A stretch of DNA of 58,959 nucleotides from Candidatus Omnitrophota bacterium (GTDB lineage: Bacteria > Omnitrophota > Gorgyraeia > B26-G9), in NCBI GenBank assembly GCA_018817585.1, contig JAHITE010000094.1, positions 1-58,959 on the forward strand. The letters run 5' to 3'. The position numbers and the translations under genes are program-made. The notes under the pieces were generated by a model. That model saw only the letters and a program-made list of their open reading frames with translations. It searched no databases and had not been told where the DNA came from. This document shows positions 10,701 to 22,700 of the stretch, piece after piece (position 1 is the stretch's first letter; each line of letters opens with the position of its first letter).

Positions 10701-13700
10701 CAGTAAACTAAAGCGGCTTGAAGACGATGTTAAGCTTTTTGATCAGTTTATGTCTTTGATTGGTGAGGGCGGAGGGAGAATAGAAAAGAAAAGTTATGAT
10801 GCCGGAGCTGTTGTTGAAGCCAATATCACTCAGCCGCAAGCCACGAAAGCTGGAGAAAGGATTCCAGACTTAAACCAGCAGATGCTTTCTTTTTCCTGGA
10901 ATACAAGGCATTCATTGACTAATATTTCTCCCAGTCATATTTATGATACAAAGGCAACAACAAATAGTCTTAATTGGGCTTTTACCTATGACATTGCTTT
11001 GCAATCCATTACTCTTGCCGCGGGCGGAATGCCCGATGAATCAGATGCTTTGCTTAATTACCTTACTGAGCACAAATGGTTATATCGCCAGGGGGAAAAA
11101 GATGATTTTAATGGCGGGGTCTATAATTCAGTTGATCTTGCGCAAATTTCTAGTGCTACGCAAAAACCAATAGCTGAGTTTCGCAATAATGCCGGAAATA
11201 GTAACTGGGTAGCCGCGGCGTTAATTAAAGGCGCTTTACAACATCTTAAACAGCGTTTTCCTGAACCCAGTCTTAATCCTTGGCAGCTAGTGCTTGTTGA
11301 TCAAAAAGAAGAGGTTGATCAGGGGCGAGAAGATTTTAGAAAAAATGGTGATATTGATAAAGTTTTTGCCGGCCGGGGCGAAACTCAGTGGGGTTTTCTT
11401 GGTTTGCGGACAACAAAACTTGCCGCGGTTGATCAAGCGATGAATGATCAGGAAAAAGCCTATATTGAGCGGGCAAAAAATATTGCTGTGTCATTGCTTG
11501 CTTTACAGGATAAAGATGGCGGAATCCGTCATGGTCCGACTGAGCTTAATATTAAATCAACAGAAGAAAATATCAATGCCTTTGGCTTATTTTCCATGCT
11601 TTATGATCTTACAGGTGAAAATAAATATAAAGACGCGGCTAAGAAAATTTTAGAATGGCTGCCAAAAGTTTATGATAAACAAACCGGAGTTTTTCATCGG
11701 GGAATTACCGATGAGATAGTGGATAAAATTTATACTACTGATGCTAATGCTTTGGCAATCATTGTTATTGGCCCTGAGATTTTAAATAAATTAAAAGACC
11801 GCAATGGTTATGTTTTTGATCCTAACGGCAAGACAGCAGAAAAGATCATGGGCTTGAAGGATAATAAGGGAACAATTACTGCCAGTGAAGTAACCGTAAA
11901 ATATAAGGGTAATGATGTTTTAGGTTATGATTATACAAACGCAGATGGCAGAGCAAACAGAGGAGCGGTTGTATCTCCGGAAATGACAGCGCATGTTGCC
12001 AAAGCGCATAAAGTTATGTTTCGCTATTACGCGAATGATCCCGCTAAACAGACATATCACGCTGATAAAGCTAAGACACTGCTGGATAATATGGAAAAAA
12101 TAGCGCTGAGAACTGATTTGGGAATTTCCTTCCCAAACAGTACTGTGCCGGAAAATATTAAACAGGGCGAGCAGATAAACCGATATTATGATGAAAGAAA
12201 AAAAGAATCAGGGCAAGCTGCCAGTGATTTTTATACTCCGTCATTGGCTAGTTTGAATTCTTTATGGATTATATTGGCTGACAAAGATGTCGATCCTTTT
12301 GATGTTCGCAATGAAAAACCGCTGGCTGAAAGATCAGCGGTTAACGGCTTTAAAGGATTTGATCAGTCGATTATCAATTTAAAAGAAAGAATTCTCGATT
12401 TGCAAAAACAAAAGAGAACAGATGCTAAATGGTCAAAAGAAAATGAACAGATTCTTATTGCGGCAATTGATCAGATTAATCAAAAAATGCAGCTATATAC
12501 AAAAGGTATGATCATCCCGGCTGGTCAGGAGTACAATCAAGATATTCTTACAATAATCGCGCTTAAAGCTAAACAAACTAAAGGAATAAAGCTAAACCCT
12601 AAAGAAGCAGCGGATCTTAAGGCCTCAGAATCAAGGCATCCATATTATCAAGGCTGGGATAAGTTGAGTATGCTTTCTGAGAAACGGTTTGTAATCAATC
12701 AAATTAAAGAGATTAAGAAGCTTGAAAGTCCAGCTAAAGATCAAAAGCTAAAGGAATTAATCGATAAAGTTATAAAAGCTTATTATGGTAATGGTCTGAA
12801 AAGTGAGCAGCAAATAGCAGTAATGATAGAGAAGTTTGCTCAATTATTGAAGAATAGCGAATCAGTCGAGATGGCTGCCTTTGAATTAGTTGATATGTTG
12901 TATGGTCAGGACAAGCTGATCAGTGAAGATATTTTTAAAGGAGTTTATCAATATTTGAGTGCGGAAGATAATAGTATCGTTACTGTTACTTTGATTGCTC
13001 CGGCAGAGGCAATTAAGGCTGCTAGAGAAAAAAGGCAGGAAGAGCAAACGATCGCGGCAAAACAGTATGAATTGCTTGAAAAAGGCGGAGTTATTATTAC
13101 TGATAAATCCACTGGCCGGCTTTTGGAAATAAGAGCGGGTGAGGGTATTGATGTATTAGGACAATTTCTCGATAAGATAAAAAATATGGTTGCCGCGGAG
13201 GAAATTGATGTCGCGGCTATGCAGAAAATAATGAAAGACCGCTGGGTATTTACAATCCCTGCGAATAGTTCTGAGGCGCTTTCTGTAAATGGCAAGAAAC
13301 AGGATGTGACTGTTACTTTGGTATTTCCTTATGCTAGTGAATATGTGCGCGAAGAGGAAAATCTAAGAACCGGAGAAAAAGAAGTGCGTGTTTTTAAGTA
13401 TGGTTTACTTGATCGGGTTATTACTAAAGATAAAATTACCGTAATGCAATACAATAACATTGAAGTTGATGTATCCGGTACTGTTTATGAAAATATCACC
13501 AGAAGACTGGACAAAGATGCTCCCTATAAACCGGAAAATATTTTACTAATATCAGAAACTGCTGTTTATGATACTGTTTTTGATGTAGAGAAAGTTTCTG
13601 GAGCAGTTAGCCCGGTTGTAATTAAAAAAGTTTTAGATCCTGATTCAAAAGCAGTTAAGTATGAGGTTTATAAGGATTATGAATTACCGGTTATGACTTT

Positions 13701-16700
13701 TAGTGAAAAATATGTCACGCTTATTGAATTTGATAAATGGGGACGTGAAAAGAGCAGTACTACTTATAAAAACACAGGAAGCATTGATAATCCTCGCTGG
13801 AATCCAGAAAAGCCTGTTTTAAGTTCAGAAGTTTTGCCGCTTATTGGGCTAAAAGATTCAGAGGGGAACCCAGTCTATTGGGATGAAAATTCTAAATGGT
13901 CAAGCAAGCTGGTTTTTGATCATGAACGCAATAAGCATTTTATTGAAGTCAGAGACCAAAACGGTAATTTAATTAAAAAGTATGACGGCACTATGTCTGA
14001 AAATACTCAGGCTAAACCCCAGCCATTGCAGGTAATTCCGGAACAAAAGGATCAGCAGTTTGAAATAGACGCAAGAGATGCTCAGGGCAGAGCGTTTAAA
14101 GTGGAAAAAGAAACTTCTTTCTATTTTGAATATCTAGATGAATTTAAAACTTTGGGTGTAAATGCCGCAGAGATGAACCGCCTGGGCTTAAAAGGCTCTG
14201 CCATGGTAGGAGATACCTATCTCTATACTATTGACGCTAATGGAGTGGGAAGTCGTCAGAAAAATGCAGAAGGTAAAGAGCTTGAACCTGTGGGCAGATC
14301 AGTGGCTCAGGTTCAGAGACCAAATGAAAAAGGTATCAGTAAATACTTTGATAATAAGGGGAATGTATTGCTTCAGATGTATGCGCCAAAGCAAAAACTT
14401 GTTTGGCAGCAGGTCATTGATAATCAGGGCAGAAAAGTAACTGAATATTATGGGTATATGGTTGATCGTAATAATAAGCGGGTTGCCAATGTCCAGGAAT
14501 CTGATTTAAGCAAATTAAAGTTTATTAGAGATAAGGTTTCTTATTCAATATACAGTGTTGATCAATTAAATGATTTGAAAGCATTAAACATCGGTATTTA
14601 TAATCAGCTTAAAGCTGAAATTAAGAAACTAAATATTGATATAGAATCTGAACAATTTAAAAAAGATTTAAATGCTCAGGGTAAGATTGATCTTGCTTTG
14701 CTGGGAGTTACCTGTGCTTATGATCCTGATACCAACAAACCAGTTGAGCTGATGGCATTTTCTTCTGTAGAAAAAAATGCTGACAACAAATTTATAATTA
14801 ATGGCGGCGATGTTTTAGTTATTAGTAAGGATATGCAGAAAAAAGATGTTTCCCAGCAGGTAATTGATGGCGCGGGAAGAGTTAAAATTAAATATGATGG
14901 AAAATTTGATTCTTTAAATAAACGTTTTATCAGGGAAAAAGTAACTTATTTTTACTATGAGTATCAGAATAGATTCGAAAGTTATAATATTTCAGCTGGT
15001 TTAGCAGAAGAAATGAAGATCCTTGGTCTCTTTGGGGTAGCCATGGTTGGCGAAACATTTACTTATGATGATAATACAAAACAGCAGAGTGCCCAGCCAA
15101 TAGCGTATTCTTTCTTAAGAGCATTTGAAAATAAGAGTTATGTTGATGAAAAGGGTAATATTCTTGTTCAAATGATGAATGCTAATCAGCATATGTCTCG
15201 ACAGGATCTTATTAATAATCAAGGTCAGACCATTAAACGTTATTTGGGTAAATTAATAAATGCAGAGACAAAGGAATTTGAAAGAGCGCAAGCGTCTTAT
15301 TTCTTTTATAGTACTCAGCAGCTTGAAGAATTTAAAGAACAAAACCCTGATTTTTATAAACAGTTAGTTAAAGAATATAAAAAAGTAGGCGTTGATATAG
15401 AAGCTGAAAGCTTTAAAGCTGAGCTTAATCGCAATGGAAAAATCGGCATTGCGATTATCGGAGCTACTTATTTATATGATCAGAATCTGAATAAAGAGAT
15501 TAAGTTGATGTCAGTTTCTCGTATTGTGAAGAATAAGCAAGGCGGGTATATTGATGAACAAGGTAATGTTCTGGTTGAGATGAAGGATCTTATCAATAAT
15601 CTGCATTGGCAGGAATTAATTGACAGTACAGGCAGAATTCAGGTTAAATTTGATGGCGTTGTAAAAGCTGGTCAATTTGTTAGAAATCAGAGAACATATT
15701 ATTTTTATGATTATGCCAGTTTTTTTGCTTATCGCCAAGCGCATCCCGAGCTTAAGGTTGAACTTGATGCTTGGGAAGCAAAACTTCCGCAGCTAGGCAA
15801 AGTTAATGCAAAAGAAGTAATGGATGAACTAGGTAGACGTAATATTGCTTTGTTTGGTTTTACTTTCCTTTATGATCAGGAAACAGATAAAGATACTGAG
15901 GCATTGGCATTTTCATTTCTTAATGTCCAGCAGAATCAAGGTAATAAGGTAGAAGATTATTTTAGTAAAGCTGGCGAAATCTCAGTTCAAAATGTCCGCT
16001 TTAAACAGCAGCTTACCTGGGAGGAAATAAAGGATAACTTTGGCAGACCAGTTAAGGTGTATGATTATGAAAAAGGCAAAGATAATAAATATTATCCGAA
16101 TAAAGTAACAAAGTATCATTATGTCTATAATGATACTTTCAGTAAATTAGGCATAACTAAGGAAGTTATGAATCAACTGGGCAGAGCGGGTTTTGCCATG
16201 GTGGGGGAAACTTATCTGCTTAAAAAAGGCACAAAAATAGAACAAGAAAAACCGGGTTCTGTTTCTGTAATGAAGCCGCATAAAAATCTAAAAGGAACGC
16301 AGTTGAGTGATTATTTTAATAATAAAGGAGAAATGATTGTTGAACTTGATAATAAGAGAGATCTGCGTGTATGGCAGGAAGTAAGAGACGCTCACGGGCG
16401 GGTTACATATTCTTATGATGGGGAAATAATAGACGGTAAATTTGTCATATTAAATGTAACGAGGTTTGATTATGATTATAGTGATGCATTATTTAATACT
16501 GTTGCTGAAAAGATGGAAAAGGAATGGATAAAGCTTGGCCTAAATAAAGAGCAAAAACGCGCTGAATTAAAAGAAGCAATGAGCAGATTATCTAAATATT
16601 ACATGGCGGCGGTTGGTAGTACATATCTTTATGATGCTGAAAATGGAAATGAGTATGGGATAAATCCAGATAACCTTACGGATTTTTCAATCCTAGAAAA

Positions 16701-19700
16701 ATTTAATCTTAATGAATATGGAAACCGTGATCAGTTTAAGGTTGATTTATTAAATAATGTGGATATTAAATTTTTAAATAACGTAGTTAAGAAGCTGGGA
16801 ATAAATATTGATGCTAAAGTTATCGATGGATTGGGGAAAGCGATTCGTAAAGCAGCCCAGGGATATGTTGATGAAAAGAGTTTTATAACAATTGATAGTT
16901 TGATTGAAGATTTAAATACATTGAAAACAGAATTTAATCTTAAAGGGTTAAATGATGCTGATTTGAGAAGTATATTTATTGAATTGTTTAAAAATACTGA
17001 TTACATAAATGATGATGGATATGTAAAGGCAATGATCTATAATATCCGAAATCGTCTTTTATGGATGGGGATAAAGGACAATAAAGGAAAAATTCAATAC
17101 AAGTATGATGGTTATTTGACTAAACCTGGTCAGTTTGAATGGGTATGGGTAACTAAAGTAAACTATTATTGGCCTGAAGAAATTGAAAATCTTGGAGCTA
17201 TCGGCATTGCATATAACTCAAATACTCATTTTTATCAGGAGCGAATTGATATGGATAGTTTTGCTTCAGAACTCGCCGCGGTTTATTTTTCTTCAAAGGA
17301 TATTAAGACGGACATTGAAAAGCTCATTAAGGTAACAGTAAAGAATTCTAAACAATCGGATGCTGTCCTAGCGGCTATAGATAAAATTTCGCTTAAAGGA
17401 AAAGACGAAATAGCTCTGAATAAGGCTCTCAGAGATCTTTTAAGAGAAATTATTAAACAAACGGCAGCTCCTTTTAATATTGATCTCGGATTGTCTGCAA
17501 ATTTTAATATCGATAAACTTGTTTTTGAATTTGGCAATATTACGGCAAATTCTAATAAAGATAATTTGATGCCAAAAATAGAAAAATTTCTTAGAGAAAA
17601 TGTTTTAGATAAAGAATATCGCGAGAAGTTATTGTTTGTAATCCAGCAGATCCTGCAAGACCCCGCTATGCAGAATAAAACAGCTAAGCAATATCAGGAA
17701 GCTTTGCTTATGAGTATAATGAAATCAAGAGAATTTGCGGTTGTGACGGAATCTCAGATAGTGCCTTTTAAGCAAAAAGAAGGAAAGGATATATATATTG
17801 ATGAGGCGGGTAATGTTATTTTTCATATGTTTCAGGTTAGAAGGCAGCTGGATTATCAGGAAGTAAAAGATAATCGTGGTAGTATTGTGATTCTTTTTGA
17901 CGGTAAAATTAATAAAGATAAATTAGCACAGCCTTTAACTAAACATAGATCCGAGGCTTTTGAACGGGATATTATGTCATTTTCATATTTTGAAAATAGA
18001 GTACTTAATTCAATGAGTATTTCTAACCGCGGAGAAGCATTCTTTTTTGATGAACAGGATTTAATGGCAAAAAGACTGGCGAATTTGCCTGTAAGAAATA
18101 TTCAGCTTTCTGTTTTTGAGTATACCCAGAAACTTAGAGGACAAGAGGCTAAAGACATGGAGTCTATAGTAAGCTTATCTGGCGGGCAGCGAAAGCTTGC
18201 TGAAAAACTAAGCAAAGTAGTGCAAATTGAAGTAGTTAAACTGGAACAAGATGTACAGTTTATTACTCCGGCTACTTTAGCTAAAAGGATTTACGCTCAA
18301 AAAGAAAAGTATGAATTGAATGGATTTACATTAAATTCTCTTACTAAATTATGTAGTGAATTATTTGGACAAAGATTTAGCGAGTCATGGTTAATCCCTT
18401 ATGAAGAGCAAAAAGGTTCAGATTTAGATGTATTCATTAGTAAAGATAAAGAAGGTAATGTTTTGGGTGATATTCATTATCAGGCTAAAGAGCGCTGGCA
18501 TTCAAGCATTTTTGATTTAGACGATCCACGTGATAAGGTTAAAGCAATAGACAATGATGCAATCCAGAAAGCTTTTGCCGATTATAGGATTAGGCTTGAA
18601 AAAGCCGGGGTTGAGGATTTTAGTCAAATTATAAAGCAAATAGGTGGAGAACAAAAATTAAGTGAAAATTTCCGCCCCTTATTATTAGAATCATTACTAA
18701 AATTACAAAAAGAAAAAGCCCAGGTTTCTCTTGAGTATATTATAAGTACAATGGATGGATTAAAAGGTGATTTTGGTTTAAGTGCTTTAACTAATACGGA
18801 TATAACTATTCTTACTTCAAGTTTATGTACTACGTCAGCAAATGTTTATTATCAAAAAGAAAAGGATAATCTGGGGCGGGTTGTAAAACATACTTGGGGT
18901 TATGTGGATAATACTGGTCAATTTAATGGAACAATGCAGTTTCGTTCACAGTATCAAACTGAATATGGAAAATTCGGGGTTGCGGATATTACAACATCAT
19001 TTTTAGTTGAAGCAAATTGGACATTATTCAACTATTCTAAGGCAGTTAATTTAGATCAACGCAGCGGTGCGGTTGATTATGCGGTAATAAAAACAATGCT
19101 ACCTAATGAAAGAGGCGAGTACTTTGCCGGAGAACTTGAGAAAAAATTCGAGGATTCATGGTATATATTCCGCATTCCTTTGCCGAAAACGGATATGATT
19201 GAATTTTTTCAAGCTGGCCCGTTTAATCTTAAGTATGATGCGGCAAAAAGTGTTGTTGAAGATTTGATTGGTAAATATAGAACAGGCAGATTCTTAACCC
19301 AAGAAGACCTTATTTACTTTTTAACTCCAAGCCTTGAAAAAAATGGAGTGGATATAAACAATTCGGATATAAAAGAAATTTTGATTTCCAAATTATTTAA
19401 AGGAATGGATTCAAAATCAGCGACTATATTTGTAGATAGAAAATCAATTGATGATGAGAAACAGCGTCCTAATATTCTTCAGATGTGGATGGAAGTTAAA
19501 AATAATAGAGGCCATCTTGATCTTATGTTTAGCGGGTATCTAAATATGTATGATGAACAAGGTGTTCTAATTAAAGAAAAAAGACAAAGCTTAGATGTCG
19601 GCACAATAGAGTTTGGTAAGACTTTTGTTAATTTTCTCCATTACAACAAAAAAAGAAATATTGGCATATCTAAAGGCAGTACACTATTTAGGTTTGATCC

Positions 19701-22700
19701 GAATTTTGCTATTGAAACCGAATATAATGGAGTTTTGTACCGCAAGTATAAAGATGAAGGTAGAGAAGATTTAGCCCACACCAAGGATCTGAGGTTTGAA
19801 ACAAATGAACAGGGGCGGGTAGCAATGCTCTACATTGTTGATGATGTCCGCCGCAGTAAACAAAGCACGGTTGGACTGGCTCTTAGACCTGACGGCAGAA
19901 AAGTATATGAAATTCATCAGGGTAAGGTTGGTAAGGGGGAACTGCTTAAAGGTCAGTTTACGGATAAAGTTAAGCTATATTATGATTTATATGAACTTCC
20001 AGTGGAAACAAAACTATTGTATCCTGATGGTACTGAAAGACTCAAAGAAAAACATTTTGTTGTATTTATTGCAGATAGGATTGCTGAACAATGGGTATTT
20101 GCGCAGAGAGTTGTAGAAACAAGACTAGATGCGTTTCTAAACAAGTTGAATGAATTTGTTAGCGGTAATGAAATTGTACAGCCACAGGGAGAAACCAAAC
20201 AGTTTTATACTCGTTCTTATGCTGAGTCAGAAAAAGAAGCAGAACGTAATGGGGCTTATTTTGAAAACGGTATTGAGATGTATCAGCGCAAAGATAAGTT
20301 TAATCCAGTTGTTTGGCGGGATTATCAGGCCACTGGTGCAGTGGATGCTTTTAAAGAATACCTTGATATACAAATTTTAAAGCATGCTACAAATAACTTA
20401 TTTACTAATGTTTTTGTCGAAGGCCGTGAACGCGGTGTTTTTATGCCATTACTGGTTGTTGTCGGAACAACCACAGTATTGATAACCTTAGGCTTGCCAG
20501 CAGCGCTTTTAGCAGCAAGCTGGTTCTTGTCTTTATTTGTAAAAGTCACTGGCAGAAAACGCAAAGCTTGGAAAGTGCCTGTTGCTGCAAGTGGTGATGG
20601 AACGCCTGATGATGCAGATAAGCCGCCGGTTGAGCCTTCTGTTGTTGTGGCTGGTTCAGGCCCGCGTACTGCGCCTGATGCTACTTTTGTTGGTTCAAAG
20701 AATATTGATTCAAGCATTCGCAACAGAATGTCGATTATGATTCCGCAGATCGGCGTTATAGGGCAATTCACAAAATATATAAGTGATCTTTATGAAGAAG
20801 GCGGATTTTTAGAAGCAGATCCAATTCTCAAAAAGGGCATGGAAGATGCTTTTATTCAGCGGTTTTATCCTGATTGGGATGGCAGAGAAGCAACAAGACC
20901 TCAGAGAACAGAAGAAGTTTGGTCTGGTTACTTGACTCAGTATGGTATTGAGTTAACTGAAATTGAAAAATTAGTTATTGAACCAGTGATGTATATTCTT
21001 TATTATGCAACCTCGCAGGATTCGCGCAGACTAGATAATTGGACCGCTGGTCAAACGCGTACGGGAAAAGGCAATAAATGGGATAAAGCCGATGGAGCTA
21101 TAAACTGGGATACGAAAACTAATCCGTTTGTTAAATTTGGTCATATTTATCAGAAGCAGGAAGAAAAAGAACTAGTAGTTGATTATATTGGTTCCTTATT
21201 GTCTGAACAGAATATTGTACTTACAGACGAAGACAAGGGATTCTTAATTACTAAGCTATTTAATAAAAAAGATTCAAGCATTATTGATCCTAAGAAAATT
21301 AAAACAATATTAGTTGATCGGTTTGGGGCGTTGGATGATTTAACAATTCAAAATATTGTGGATAAGGTTATTGTTCGCTATGGCGGAAGAGAAAAGATGC
21401 TACTTGTTGGTGATAGGGATTTTCGCCGTTATTTTGAATACTGTGAGCAAGACGGAATTGATCCTTTTACCGGAGAAGCCTTAAGACCAGGTGCGATTGC
21501 TAATCAAGAGCTTGATTTTAGAGGGTTTATTCCTGTTGCCAGAAAAATGATTGTAAGCCAATCTGCAGACAGTCAAAAAACTTTTTACGAAAAAGTGAAA
21601 AATAGAGATCAGTATTTGCTTGATCCCATGCGCAAGCTTCTTGCTGAAAAATATAAGCAGGATAATTTTAGGCCATATGAATTTCCTCAGGCTTTTGCTA
21701 AAGGAGATGTAAAGAGAACAATCCTTACCTGGGGACTGGTTCTGGGCGGCATTGCCTTAAGCGGATATTTCCTTTTCGTAGGTGGAATGGCTGCAACAGC
21801 ACTCTGGGTTTTTCCTATATATAGTTTATTTAGCTGGCAGCTGGTTGAGATGATGCCAATGCTCGTGTTTTTCTATCGCCATAAAATGGGCGGATGGATG
21901 ACGGTATTGCGGGCTAAAACAAGAGCGCAGTATGAAGGATTTAAGCCAAGACGTGACATGGCTAATGATCTTCGGGCGCAACTGGGGTTAAGTGTAACTC
22001 AGGCTAAAAAAGCAGTGAATATTCTTACTAAAGGATATTTTAAAAATGATTTTGCAACGCAAGACGAACTTAATGAGTTTATAGCTAAAACAATAAGAAA
22101 ATACAAAAAAGATTTTAGGATTATTGATTTTAATCAAGCAACTTTACTTTCATTTACAAAAAATTTAAATCAAGATAAAACAACAAGAGATAGACTGCAG
22201 GGTAAATATCGATTCTGGACAGTTTTGTTTACTTGTTGGGGTTTAAACTTTGCGCTTCTTTCCGGAGCATCATTATATTATGCAGCCGGAACAATACCTG
22301 CTATAGGTTATGTAATTGGTATTGGTGTGTTATTATTAAATTCCGTTGTTTCTCTGAGAAGCTGGTGGTCATTACTTAATGAGGCAGTTACTTTAAATAT
22401 GGAAAAACAGGGTAAATGGCGTGAATTCTCGTCTTATGAGCAGATAAAACCAATACATTTACAGCAGATTGCAGTGGATCCTTATTTAAAAGATGTTTTT
22501 AATACTGTATTAGTTGATGAAACATTGCTTCATTACACTCTTATTACAGAACAAGAAGTACAGCTGTTAAAAGATGCCTTGGTAAATGGCACTGCGCTTC
22601 CTAAGCTTGAGAACCCTCGTGCCCAAAGAAAAGTTATAGAATTCTTTAATAAAATAAATTTATATAGTGCTGATGAGTTTGAAGAGATGAAGGAATTTAT

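Noticed and set aside
13700-19950. Interpretation of the repeat array as RHS/YD repeats, or as a DNA-level repeat or CRISPR-like array.
   Set aside because: The period is 120-150 aa rather than about 20 aa, and the element order differs from YD repeats. The copies are diverged at nucleotide level, lie within one continuous coding frame, and have no spacer-repeat structure.
20325-20771. 148-aa ORF on the - strand, and similar - strand ORFs inside the giant gene (for example 5409..5813, 12948..13295, 27867..28259).
   Set aside because: They lie fully antisense to a frame with strong domain evidence. They have low-complexity or odd composition and no RBS or recognisable motifs. They are typical shadow ORFs.
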